Shown: positions 23,683-31,645 of the stretch, one piece after another
Layout: the number at the start of each line of letters is the position of its first letter
Numbering within the stretch: the stretch's first letter is position 1
From: Candidatus Saccharimonadota bacterium
Lineage (GTDB): Bacteria; Patescibacteriota; Gracilibacteria; UBA4473
Length of the DNA: 32,000 bases
NCBI GenBank assembly: GCA_020632335.1
Contig: JACKFV010000002.1
Span: 1-32,000, forward strand
Reading direction: 5' to 3'
Notes under the pieces: generated by a model
What the model saw: the letters and a program-made list of their open reading frames with translations, nothing else
The model's database searches: none
What the model was told of the DNA's origin: nothing
Made by a program: the position numbers and the translations under genes

Positions 23683-25356
23683 ATGCAAGACGCTCTGCGC
23701 ACGGTGATTCGGCAGTCTCTGGGGGAGGAAATCGCGCTCGGGGTAGAGCTGCGGCCGGTGCCGGCGCATGCGGAGGGAGACATCGCGCTGACGTGTTTCT
23801 CGCTCGCTAAGGCGCTGCGGCAGAGTCCGGTGGCGATCCTCCAGCAAGTACAGACCGCGCTGGAGCCCCTCCCCTGGGTAGAGAAGCTGGACGCGCAGGG
23901 GCCCTACCTCAACATCACTTGCAGCGCGGCGTGGTACTTTGCGCAGGTGCTCTCTACGCCTGTAGCCTCTCAGCAGTTTAGCGGGCGGCACATTGTGCTG
24001 GAGTTCTCCTCCCCGAATACCAACAAACCCCTGCACCTGGGGCATATGCGCAATAACGCGCTGGGCGACAGCCTGGTGCACCTGCTGCGGGCTAATGGGG
24101 CGGCGGTGACGGCAGTGAGTATCATCAATGACCGGGGGACGCACATCTGCAAGTCGATGCTGGCCTATGAGATAGCAGGAGACGGCGCGACGCCGGCCAG
24201 TACCGGGCGCAAACCAGACCACCTGGTGGGCGACTACTATGTGCTCTTTAGCACGCTAAAGGACGAGGGACGGCTGACTGACGAGGGCGCGCAGGCTATG
24301 CTACAGGCCTGGGAGGCAGGTGATAAGAGCGTACGAGCGCTCTGGGAGCTGATGAATGGCTGGGTGTATGAGGGCTGGAACAAGACCTACGCGCGCCAGG
24401 GGGTGACCTTTGACAAGTGGTACTATGAGTCGGCGCACTATGAAGACGGTAAGCAGCTGGTGGCCGACGGACTGCGCAGGGGGGTATTTACTACACTGGC
24501 AGATGGCGCTATAGCGGCGGACCTCACCGCGGACGGCTATGACCAGAAGATCGTCCAGCGGGCTGATGGTACCAGTATCTACATTACGCAGGACCTCGCA
24601 CTGGCCGTGGCGCGCTATAACGAGTGGCACCCCGACGAGCTCATCTACATCACTGACTACCGTCAGGCCTACCACTTTGAGGTGCTCTTCCTCCTGCTGG
24701 AGAAGCTGGGGCTGCTGAGCCGGGAGCACCTGACGCATATTGGCTATGGTACGATGGAGCTGACCACGGGCAAGATGAGCAGCCGTACGGGCCATGTGGT
24801 GCACGCTGATGACCTGATGGATGAGCTCTCAGCGCTGGCGCGGGAGGAGATACTGGCCCGGCACGACGACTGGGACGCGCAGCAGGTCTCTCTCACGGCG
24901 GAGCAGATCATGAATGCGGCGTGGAAGTACTACATCCTCAGCGTGACGCCCGAGCGTAATATGGTGTATGACGCGGCGGCTAGTGTGCGGTTTGAGGGTG
25001 CTACGGGGCCGTATATACAGTATGCGGGGGTGCGGATCCGTCGGCTGCTGGAGAAATCGGGGGGGTATGATGCCACAACTGCGCCAGTGCTGGGAGGCGA
25101 AGAACGGGCTCTGGGGGCGCTTATTCTCCAGTGGGGAGCCGTGCTGGAGTCCGCCGGCCGTGACCGCAACCCTACCACAGTGGCTACTTATATCCTCGAG
25201 CTGGCACAAGAATGGAGCCGCTACTACAGTAGTGTACGGATCTTAGACGCTGCGGAGCCGGTGCGCAGTAGCCGCCTGCAGCTGGCTGAGAAGACCCTGG
25301 AGGTGCTGGTGGCGGGGCTCTCTATCCTCGGGATACCGGTGCCAGAGGCGATGTAG
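23683..25356 (+). CDS. argS: Arginine--tRNA ligase
   Basis: 557-aa ORF with the class I HIGH motif (SSPNTNKPLHLGHMRN), a KMSK-like GKMSSRTG, and a DALR anticodon-binding C-terminus ending in ...GIPVPEAM. Confidence 0.95.
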   Translation: MQDALRTVIRQSLGEEIALGVELRPVPAHAEGDIALTCFSLAKALRQSPVAILQQVQTALEPLPWVEKLDAQGPYLNITCSAAWYFAQVLSTPVASQQFSGRHIVLEFSSPNTNKPLHLGHMRNNALGDSLVHLLRANGAAVTAVSIINDRGTHICKSMLAYEIAGDGATPASTGRKPDHLVGDYYVLFSTLKDEGRLTDEGAQAMLQAWEAGDKSVRALWELMNGWVYEGWNKTYARQGVTFDKWYYESAHYEDGKQLVADGLRRGVFTTLADGAIAADLTADGYDQKIVQRADGTSIYITQDLALAVARYNEWHPDELIYITDYRQAYHFEVLFLLLEKLGLLSREHLTHIGYGTMELTTGKMSSRTGHVVHADDLMDELSALAREEILARHDDWDAQQVSLTAEQIMNAAWKYYILSVTPERNMVYDAAASVRFEGATGPYIQYAGVRIRRLLEKSGGYDATTAPVLGGEERALGALILQWGAVLESAGRDRNPTTVATYILELAQEWSRYYSSVRILDAAEPVRSSRLQLAEKTLEVLVAGLSILGIPVPEAM

Positions 25357-25368
25357 CATGCCCGTGGG

Positions 25369-25731
25369 CTAGGACTTCCGGAGTATTTTCTCCAGTGGGC
25401 GGCCCTTCGCGAGCTCATCTACGAGCTTATCCAGATAGCGGATGGAGCGCATGGTGGGGTCTTCTATCGCGTCTATCTGCACGCCGCAGATCTTCCCCGT
25501 GATGAGCACCCGCGCGGGGTGCATCTGCGGTGCCTCAGCAAAGAAGGTCTGGAGGTCTGTGTCGCTCTCTCGCAGCGTCGCTAGTGCCTCTCGGCTATAC
25601 CCCGTGAGCCAGCAGATGACTGTATCCAGTTCCTCGGTGCTGCGGTACTTCTTCGTCACCTTCTGGGTATAGCAGGCATAGAGGCTGCTGAAGGCCATAC
25701 GGAAGACGCGGTGCGGGGTGGTGGAGTCCAT
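25369..25731 (-). CDS. DUF2200-domain protein
   Basis: 120-aa ORF. ICWLTGY, FFAEAP..P and IRYLDKLVDELAKGRPLEKILR match my recollection of the DUF2200 family pattern. It starts 4 nt after the upstream ribonuclease stop. Confidence 0.75.
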   Translation of the reverse strand: MDSTTPHRVFRMAFSSLYACYTQKVTKKYRSTEELDTVICWLTGYSREALATLRESDTDLQTFFAEAPQMHPARVLITGKICGVQIDAIEDPTMRSIRYLDKLVDELAKGRPLEKILRKS

Positions 25732-25734
25732 AGG

Positions 25735-27573
25735 CTAGCGTTTGCGCCGGTATTTATTCCTCCGCTGGGCATGGCGTGTAGTACGCTGGGTCTTGCGGAA
25801 GCGCTTCCGGCTGGAGATCTTCCCTCGTAGACGCTTTCTCTCCCGCTTGCTCAGCAGCTCCCAGGGGATATCTCCCCCTACCTGGACGGTATCTTGCGGG
25901 TTATCACTAACGTAATGGGGGTTGTGCCCAGCGGCGTAGTCACGCTGCTGGTGGGTGAGCTTTGCTGATTTGGGGGTGAGTTTTGGCGTGGTGGCGCGTG
26001 TGTGGCGGCTCTGCTTAGCGCTGGTGAGGGTGGTGTTCTCCGTCATTTGCTCGGTGTTGGGGAGCGCAATATCATCACGCTCGTAGTGCTGAGAGAGCAT
26101 ACAATAGCTCGTTGCGGGCATATAGCGGGCGCTTACGGGGTTGAGCTCAGCCGTACGGCGCCAGGATTTTTCGGGGCCCAGCTCCCAGATCTCCCCGGGG
26201 CAGGGCGCCGCGATGTAGCTCCGTTGGAGGGATTTGAGGTCTCCCAGGTCGCGCATGTAGCTCTGCATGACGTCCGACTCACCATGGACGAGGAAGAGCT
26301 GCTGGGGGCTGCCGGTGCGGTCTGCAAACCGCAGCAGATCATCATGCCCTGCATGCCCGCTAAACGCCCGAACGATCATCACCTCCGCGCGGACTTCATA
26401 GGGATTCCCGAAGATATTCACGACTTTCTCGCCGTCTACTATCTTGCGCCCCAGGGTATTCTCGGCCATGAACCCCACTACCAATACGAGATTCTTGGGG
26501 TCTCCCATATGGTTGGCCAGGTGGTGCTTTATTCGGCCGGCCTCGCACATGCCACTGGCAGAGATGATAATGCAGCTGCCGGGGAAGTCGATGAGCTTCT
26601 TAGATTCCTCTACGTCAGTGATGTAGTGCACGCCATCTACCTCGGCAAAGGGGGCAATACCGCTCTCCAGCATGCGCTGGAACTCGGCGTCAAATTCTCC
26701 TCGGTGCAGGCGGAAGATCTCTGTAGCGCGTACCGCCAGCGGGCTATCTACAAAGATGGGGATATCTGGTAGGGTGCCCGCGCGCTGCATCTCTCGGAAG
26801 ATATACAGTACCTCCTGCGTGCGCCCCACGGCAAATGCCGGGATAATGATCTTCCCGCCGCGCTCCGCTACCGCACGGATTTTCTCGGTGATAGCGCCCT
26901 CCACGTCACGGATTTCATCATGGTTGCGGTTCCCGTAGGTCGACTCGGTAATGAGCACGTCCAGGTCTCGCAGCTGCTTGGGGTTCTTGAGGATGGGGAT
27001 GTCGCGCCGCCCTAGGTCCCCCGTGAACCCCAGCCGCACCGTCTGGCCGGTGTCATCGTCTTGCAGGGTTATCTCCTCCATCGCCGCGCCGAGGATATGC
27101 CCCGCGTCGTGGAAGGTCACCTCCATCCCCGGTACTGGGCTGAAGGCCTGGCCGAATTCCACACTGCGGAAGAGCGTCATCGTCTTCTCGGCGTCCTGCA
27201 TATCGTAGAGCGGCTCTACCTCTGGGTTTTGCTGCTGGAGCTTGATAAAGTCATAATCGCTCTCTTGTATATGCGCGGCGTCTGGCAGCATAATGGAGCA
27301 GAGATCGCGCGTGGCGTGGGTGGAGTAGATGGGCCCCGTATAGCCGTACTTGGCCAGCAGTGGCAGCAGCCCCGAGTGGTCTATGTGCGCGTGGCTGAGC
27401 ACCACCGCGTCCAGCTCATCCGCGTCAAAGGGGAAGTGCCGGTTGGCGGTATCGGCCTCTGTGCGACGACCCTGGAAGAGCCCACAGTCCAGCAGTACCT
27501 TCTTCCCGTTGATGTGCAGGAGGTGCTTGGACCCGGTGACGTTCTGTGCGGCGCCGCTAAACTCTATACGCAT
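25735..27573 (-). CDS. Beta-CASP / metallo-beta-lactamase-fold ribonuclease (CPSF/RNase J-like) with a long basic C-terminal tail
   Basis: MRIEFSGAAQNVTGSKHLL, the MBL motif LSHAHIDHSG and beta-CASP motifs (ESTYG, ...VHGE). About 145 low-complexity residues follow, ending in KRERKRLRGKISSRKRFRKTQRTTRHAQRRNKYRRKR. Confidence 0.85.
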   Translation of the reverse strand: MRIEFSGAAQNVTGSKHLLHINGKKVLLDCGLFQGRRTEADTANRHFPFDADELDAVVLSHAHIDHSGLLPLLAKYGYTGPIYSTHATRDLCSIMLPDAAHIQESDYDFIKLQQQNPEVEPLYDMQDAEKTMTLFRSVEFGQAFSPVPGMEVTFHDAGHILGAAMEEITLQDDDTGQTVRLGFTGDLGRRDIPILKNPKQLRDLDVLITESTYGNRNHDEIRDVEGAITEKIRAVAERGGKIIIPAFAVGRTQEVLYIFREMQRAGTLPDIPIFVDSPLAVRATEIFRLHRGEFDAEFQRMLESGIAPFAEVDGVHYITDVEESKKLIDFPGSCIIISASGMCEAGRIKHHLANHMGDPKNLVLVVGFMAENTLGRKIVDGEKVVNIFGNPYEVRAEVMIVRAFSGHAGHDDLLRFADRTGSPQQLFLVHGESDVMQSYMRDLGDLKSLQRSYIAAPCPGEIWELGPEKSWRRTAELNPVSARYMPATSYCMLSQHYERDDIALPNTEQMTENTTLTSAKQSRHTRATTPKLTPKSAKLTHQQRDYAAGHNPHYVSDNPQDTVQVGGDIPWELLSKRERKRLRGKISSRKRFRKTQRTTRHAQRRNKYRRKR

Positions 27574-27586
27574 ACCCCCAGTCTAG

Positions 27587-27613
27587 CAAAAAATACCCCG
27601 CCATGCGAGGTAT
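27587..27613 (-). terminator. Terminator-like hairpin downstream of rplY
   Basis: On the minus strand, ATACCTCGC-ATG-GCGGGGTAT forms a 9-bp stem with one G.U pair (27613..27593). It is followed by a U-rich tract, TTTTTGC. It lies only about 14 nt upstream of the ribonuclease ATG. Confidence 0.45.
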
Positions 27614-27641
27614 CTCTTTTGCTTACGGCTTGACAATATAC

Positions 27642-28283
27642 CTATTCCGCATCCTCTTCAGACGCCGCCGCACCGATGACTTCTGGCTCTACGGGCGCGT
27701 CAGTGCTGTTCTCTTCCTCAGCGGTGCTGTGGCCGGTCACACTACACACGGGGGATCCCGGCTCCAGGTGCATGACCTCGTGTTTCTTGGGGTCTAGAGA
27801 GAGGTCTTTTACGCAGATGTGGTCATGGATGTCCTTCAGCACGCTGATATCTACCGTGATCTCCGCCGGGATATCCTTGGGCAGGCAGCGGATGGCAATG
27901 GTGTCGTGGTCGTGCACGAGGATACCTCCCAGTGTTTTCACTGCGCGAGACTCGCCCACCAACTCTATGGGTACCTGCACGATGATCTTCTCGCCGGCCT
28001 TCACGGCCTGGAAGTCTATGTGCAGGATGGTGTCCTTCACGGGGTGGAGCTGGATATCGTGGATCAGCACATCGTGCTTTTTCCCTTCTACGTCCAGCGT
28101 GATGATGCTGGAGCTTCCGGCGTCACGGTAGGTTTTTAGCACCGCAGAGTAGGGGAGTGCAATCGCCTGGGGCTGCACTGCAGAGCCATACACCACCGCG
28201 GGCACGGTATTGGCGGCACGGGCTTCTCGTGCAGAGTGCTTGTGGCGAGTGTCTCGTTTGGTAGCGGTGAGGGTATAGGCCAT
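27642..28283 (-). CDS. rplY: 50S ribosomal protein L25 / general stress protein Ctc (long form)
   Basis: 213-aa ORF. RDTRHKHSAREARAANTVPAVVYG, DVLIHDIQLHPVKDTILHIDFQAV and an acidic C-terminal tail are present. Confidence 0.9.
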   Translation of the reverse strand: MAYTLTATKRDTRHKHSAREARAANTVPAVVYGSAVQPQAIALPYSAVLKTYRDAGSSSIITLDVEGKKHDVLIHDIQLHPVKDTILHIDFQAVKAGEKIIVQVPIELVGESRAVKTLGGILVHDHDTIAIRCLPKDIPAEITVDISVLKDIHDHICVKDLSLDPKKHEVMHLEPGSPVCSVTGHSTAEEENSTDAPVEPEVIGAAASEEDAE

Positions 28284-28304
28284 CTCGTGTCTCAGTACAG
28301 CGTA

Positions 28305-28386
28305 CTCATAGACATATCTGCGCTGGTGTCAAGGGAGTCTGCTGCGTTTACCCTGGCTTGACACCAGCCCCCAGATAGCCACTATG
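28305..28386. promoter_or_regulatory. Divergent rplY / trmD promoters whose -35 boxes lie in a perfect 12-bp inverted repeat
   Basis: Minus strand: TTGACA (28332..28327)-N16-TATGAG (28310..28305). Plus strand: TTGACA (28358..28363)-N16/17-CACTAT/ACTATG (28380..28386). The inverted repeat pairs GCTGGTGTCAAG (28322..28333) with CTTGACACCAGC (28357..28368). Confidence 0.5.
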
Positions 28387-28392
28387 CGGGGT

Positions 28393-29064
28393 ATGCGATT
28401 CGACGTGCTGACGCTCTTCCCCGAGGCCTTCCAGAGCTTTCTCACCACGTCTATCATCGGCCGTGCAGTGGCGGCAGGGCATATAGAGGTGGTGCTGCAT
28501 GACATCCGCGACTATAGCACTGACAAGCACCGCAAGGTAGACGACGTGCCCTACGGTGGTGGCGCGGGCATGGTGATACTCTGCCAGCCGCTCTTTGCCG
28601 CCATAGAGGCCGTGAAGGCCCTGGCAGATGACCACGCGCCGGTCATCTACCTCACGCCTCAGGGGCTAGCACTGACGCAGCAGCGCTGTGAGGAGTATGT
28701 AGAACAACGCCAGCTGCAGCGGATGATACTGCTGTGCGGGCACTACGAGGGCATAGACGAGCGCGTGCGGGAGGCTCTGGTAGATGAGGAACTCCGCATA
28801 GGGGACTATGTGCTCAGTGGTGGGGAGCTGCCTGCGCAAGTGCTGATGGATAGCCTGGCGCGGCTGGTACCCGGGGTACTGGGCAATGATGCGAGCGCCA
28901 AGGAGGAGAGCTTCAGCTTGGCACTGGGGCGCGCACAGGAGTACCCCCATTACACCCGGCCGGCGGAGTACCAGGGTATGCGCGTGCCTGAGGTGTTGCT
29001 CAGTGGCCACCATGCCGAGATAACCGCCTGGCGACTGGCCCATGTGCGCCAGGGGAGAGATTAA
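28393..29064 (+). CDS. trmD: tRNA (guanine37-N1)-methyltransferase
   Basis: MRFDVLTLFPEAF, DDVPYGGGAGMV, LCGHYEGIDERV and the SIGDYVLSGGE-like IGDYVLSGGELPA are present. The ORF-track start at 28384 overlaps the predicted -10. The ATG at 28393 fits a leaderless start. Confidence 0.9.
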   Translation: MRFDVLTLFPEAFQSFLTTSIIGRAVAAGHIEVVLHDIRDYSTDKHRKVDDVPYGGGAGMVILCQPLFAAIEAVKALADDHAPVIYLTPQGLALTQQRCEEYVEQRQLQRMILLCGHYEGIDERVREALVDEELRIGDYVLSGGELPAQVLMDSLARLVPGVLGNDASAKEESFSLALGRAQEYPHYTRPAEYQGMRVPEVLLSGHHAEITAWRLAHVRQGRD

Positions 29065-29073
29065 TAGCGGCTT
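29064..29073 (+). repeat. Left copy of the 10-bp direct repeat ATAGCGGCTT flanking the AT-rich cassette
   Basis: An identical 10-mer occurs at 30153..30162. The two copies bracket the low-GC segment. Confidence 0.5.
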
Positions 29074-29255
29074 GACAAGTTGAAAGGTTTGTAGTACAGT
29101 GCCGGTATTAGTGCGATATGCCGGAGAGGGGAGAGAGGAAAAACGCTCTACCCCTTGCTCTTTGAAATAAAATGTGACCCATAGAATCGTTCCCTCAGCC
29201 GCTGTAGAGCGTTTGTGGTAACTATTTTTTTCACATATAAAAACATACATTAATT
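29072..29255 (+). promoter_or_regulatory. Promoter (TTGACA-N17-TACAGT) plus a 155-nt leader; candidate cis-regulatory RNA (module B)
   Basis: TTGACA lies at 29072..29077 and TACAGT at 29095..29100. The leader has a CCGGTAT/ATGCCGG hairpin. It also has alternative pairings of ACGCTCTAC (29142..29150) with GTAGAGCGT (29204..29212). It ends in a TATTTTTTTCAC box. Confidence 0.5.
29223..29241 (+). repeat. Box TA-T7-CACATATAAA, copy 1 (14 nt upstream of the gene 1 ATG)
   Basis: It recurs as TA-T6-CACATATAAA at 29632..29649, 15 nt upstream of the GTG at 29665. Confidence 0.6.
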
Positions 29256-29630
29256 ATGAGTATTATCTGTTTGTGTTTGCTGGCTTTAGGCCTGTTTGTT
29301 TTGTACCTATTATTGCGCTACTTCACTTATCGTGTTGTATTAGAAAGCACTATTGATCTCTCTGAGATGGCTAATCATTCCCTTGGGTCCTCATTGTCGT
29401 GGCCTGATTTTACTGCCCTTGGAGTGACAGGATCGGGGAAGTGTACTCTTCTGGAGTGCTCTACTTCAGATGACAAGGCTATGATTAAGGTGAGATATTT
29501 TTATCGAATACTGAAAAATGGTATTCCTGTGCTAGTAATACTTACTGAGAAAGAACAGAACCATAATGACTCGGTGACATTGATTATCGAGAGAAACATC
29601 TTTGGTCAGTATAAAGGTTCTATTATCTAA
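29256..29630 (+). CDS. Hypothetical small protein with an N-terminal TM anchor (AT-rich cassette, gene 1)
   Basis: 124-aa ORF. The N-terminal hydrophobic segment IICLCLLALGLFVLYLLL is followed by a soluble domain of about 95 aa. I recognise no family. Confidence 0.5.
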   Translation: MSIICLCLLALGLFVLYLLLRYFTYRVVLESTIDLSEMANHSLGSSLSWPDFTALGVTGSGKCTLLECSTSDDKAMIKVRYFYRILKNGIPVLVILTEKEQNHNDSVTLIIERNIFGQYKGSII

Positions 29631-29631
29631 T

Positions 29632-29649
29632 TATTTTTTCACATATAAA
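29632..29649 (+). repeat. Box TA-T6-CACATATAAA, copy 2
   Basis: It is identical to 29223..29241 apart from one T in the T-run, and it sits in the same position relative to the next ORF. Confidence 0.6.
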
Positions 29650-29664
29650 TTAAATTTAAGACTT

Positions 29665-30117
29665 GTGGACACACTATTGGACATATGGAACACACTTCCC
29701 TTTTTTGTAAAGATCCTGCTTGCATTTATTATTATAATTCCATTGTTACAGTTTTTCTCCAGGTTAAGGTTGAACACTTTTGAACCCATAGTTCATACTT
29801 TCACCATTGAAAATTTTATCAAGCAACTATATGATAATCCAAAACTTACATTAGAAGAAACGACTCCTACAGGAATTAAAGTTTCTCTTGCTTTCCTATT
29901 TAGAAATCAGTATCATTTTGAAGTATATGGTCCTTGGGAATGTCGAGACGAGACTGCGGTAATAGTCGTTTACTGGAAAGTAATAAGTGCTACGGGTACT
30001 ACAACCAAAGGGAAATACGAGATAAAGAAGAATGAATGGTATAATGAACGGTGTAAACCAGGAAAATTCTACTTAAGACGTATTGGGGATTATAAATTTT
30101 ATATTTCTGAAATTTGA
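29665..30117 (+). CDS. Hypothetical small protein with an N-terminal TM anchor (AT-rich cassette, gene 2)
   Basis: ORF track 29602..30117. I prefer the GTG at 29665 because it lies at the same distance from the repeated box as the gene 1 ATG and avoids overlapping gene 1. A hydrophobic segment FFVKILLAFIIIIPLLQFF is followed by a beta-rich domain of about 110 aa. Confidence 0.5.
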   Translation: MDTLLDIWNTLPFFVKILLAFIIIIPLLQFFSRLRLNTFEPIVHTFTIENFIKQLYDNPKLTLEETTPTGIKVSLAFLFRNQYHFEVYGPWECRDETAVIVVYWKVISATGTTTKGKYEIKKNEWYNERCKPGKFYLRRIGDYKFYISEI

Positions 30118-30134
30118 AATTAACGAATACTATA

Positions 30135-30167
30135 AGCTGCTATTCACTGTGGATAGCGGCTTTTTTT
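30135..30167. terminator. Bidirectional rho-independent terminator between cassette gene 2 and der
   Basis: AGCTGCTAT (30135..30143) pairs with ATAGCGGCT (30153..30161) in a 9-bp stem with one G.U pair. It is followed by T7 on the plus strand and by UUAUAGUAUU on the minus strand. Confidence 0.65.
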
Positions 30168-30173
30168 CTGTCT

Positions 30174-31595
30174 CTACTCACTGTCGTTATCTCGCAGGGT
30201 GAGCTTTATCGGCGTACCGTGGAAGCCATACTGCTTGCGCAGGGCGTTCTCTATATAGCGCTTGTAGGTGCGGTGGAAGGCCTTTGTGGTATTCACATGG
30301 ATGACAAAATGCGGTGGCGAGACGCTCACCTGCGCCATATATTTCATCTTGCCCTGGCGGTTCTGGTAGCTGGGCTGCACATGCCCGTAGTAGATCTCGG
30401 GCAGGAACTGGTTGAGCTCAGAGGTAGAGATGCGCTTGCGGCGCTCGGCTTGTACGTTACGGGCATTCAGCAGGAGGGTCTGCGTGCCCTTGCCGGTGTG
30501 TGCGGAGAAGAACACCACCGGGGCCCACCGCGCAAAGCCGATCTTCACCCCCATGTAGTGCAGGTAGCGGCGCTTGATATCGTTGAGGTCCTCGCCCCAC
30601 ATCTTCACCTCGGCTAGCTCTCGGTCATCTGACTCCTCCTCGGTACGGCTTTTTTCGTATACCAGGTCAAATTTATTCACCCCCAGTATGAGCCCCTTGC
30701 CGGCGTCTACTACCTCGCCGATGATGGTGAGGTCCTGGTGCGTGACCCCGTCCAGAGCGTCTAGCATGACGATGCACACGTCACTCCGCTCAATGGCCTG
30801 ACGGGTACGCACCGTGCTCCAGTACTCCAGAGATCTCCCTACCTTGCCCTTCTTCCGCAGTCCGGCGGTGTCGATGAGGACGTATTCATGCCCCTCAGCG
30901 TCGGTGTAGGGGGTGTCGATACTATCGCGCGTGGTGCCAGAGACCTCGCTCACAATGCTGGCGTGCGAGCCTAGCAGCTGGTTCGTGAGCGAGCTCTTGC
31001 CCACGTTGGGCCTCCCGAGGAAGCACAGCCGCAGCGGAGCGGTCTCGTCTGGGGTGGGGGCGGTAGTGCGCAGGGCCGGGTAGCCGCGCTGGGTGAGTAG
31101 CTGCTCGAGCTCCTCCTCCATGGCCGCTACGCCGTACCAGTTTTTACCGCTCACGGTATGTGGCATCCCAAAGCCCATCTCCGTCCATTGCAGCACGCGG
31201 GCCTCGTTGCCGTCGTCTATTTTGCTAGCGAGGAAGAGAAAATCCTTACCAGATTTGCGCACCATATCCGCCACCAGGTGGTCCTCACTGGTGGGGTCCT
31301 TCGTCCCGTCTACCATAAATAGCAGCACATCGGCCTGGCTGAGCGCGAGCTTGGCCTGGGTCTGGATCTCCTGCTCCAGGCTGTCACCATCGTTATTGGT
31401 CAGCCCAGCGGTGTCGATGAGCAGATACGCGTGCTGCTCGCCCTCTACTTTCATCACCACGCGGTCACGGGTCGTCCCGGCAATCTCGCTCACAATGCTG
31501 CGCTTCTCTCCCGCCAGAGCGTTGAAAAGCGTACTCTTACCGACGTTCGGCCGGCCGATAATGGCGACTTGTGGCAGGGCGTGGAGGGGCTGCAT
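30174..31595 (-). CDS. der: Ribosome-associated GTPase Der (EngA)
   Basis: Two tandem GTPase domains (IIGRPNVGKSTLFN and FLGRPNVGKSSLTN, each with DTAG) plus a KH-like C-terminus. TATACT lies exactly 6 nt upstream of the ATG. Confidence 0.95.
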   Translation of the reverse strand: MQPLHALPQVAIIGRPNVGKSTLFNALAGEKRSIVSEIAGTTRDRVVMKVEGEQHAYLLIDTAGLTNNDGDSLEQEIQTQAKLALSQADVLLFMVDGTKDPTSEDHLVADMVRKSGKDFLFLASKIDDGNEARVLQWTEMGFGMPHTVSGKNWYGVAAMEEELEQLLTQRGYPALRTTAPTPDETAPLRLCFLGRPNVGKSSLTNQLLGSHASIVSEVSGTTRDSIDTPYTDAEGHEYVLIDTAGLRKKGKVGRSLEYWSTVRTRQAIERSDVCIVMLDALDGVTHQDLTIIGEVVDAGKGLILGVNKFDLVYEKSRTEEESDDRELAEVKMWGEDLNDIKRRYLHYMGVKIGFARWAPVVFFSAHTGKGTQTLLLNARNVQAERRKRISTSELNQFLPEIYYGHVQPSYQNRQGKMKYMAQVSVSPPHFVIHVNTTKAFHRTYKRYIENALRKQYGFHGTPIKLTLRDNDSE

Positions 31596-31645
31596 AGCCG
31601 CAGTATAGGGGGGAAAGAGGGGCTGTACAGCCCTTGTGTGATGAA

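Noticed and set aside
27630-27658. GGCTTGACA on the plus strand overlapping the rplY stop codon, which looks like the -35 context seen at other promoters.
   Set aside because: No acceptable -10 lies 16-18 nt downstream (CCTCTT or TCCTCT), and the region is antisense to rplY. The minus-strand reading (TTGTCA-N17-ATACCT) is also weak, so I did not call a promoter.
29118-29165. 15-codon upstream ORF (MPERGERKNALPLAL) inside leader B, a possible leader peptide.
   Set aside because: There is no equivalent ORF in the homologous leader A, which has no ATG at all before the MFS start. There is no translation-initiation evidence, so it is most likely fortuitous.
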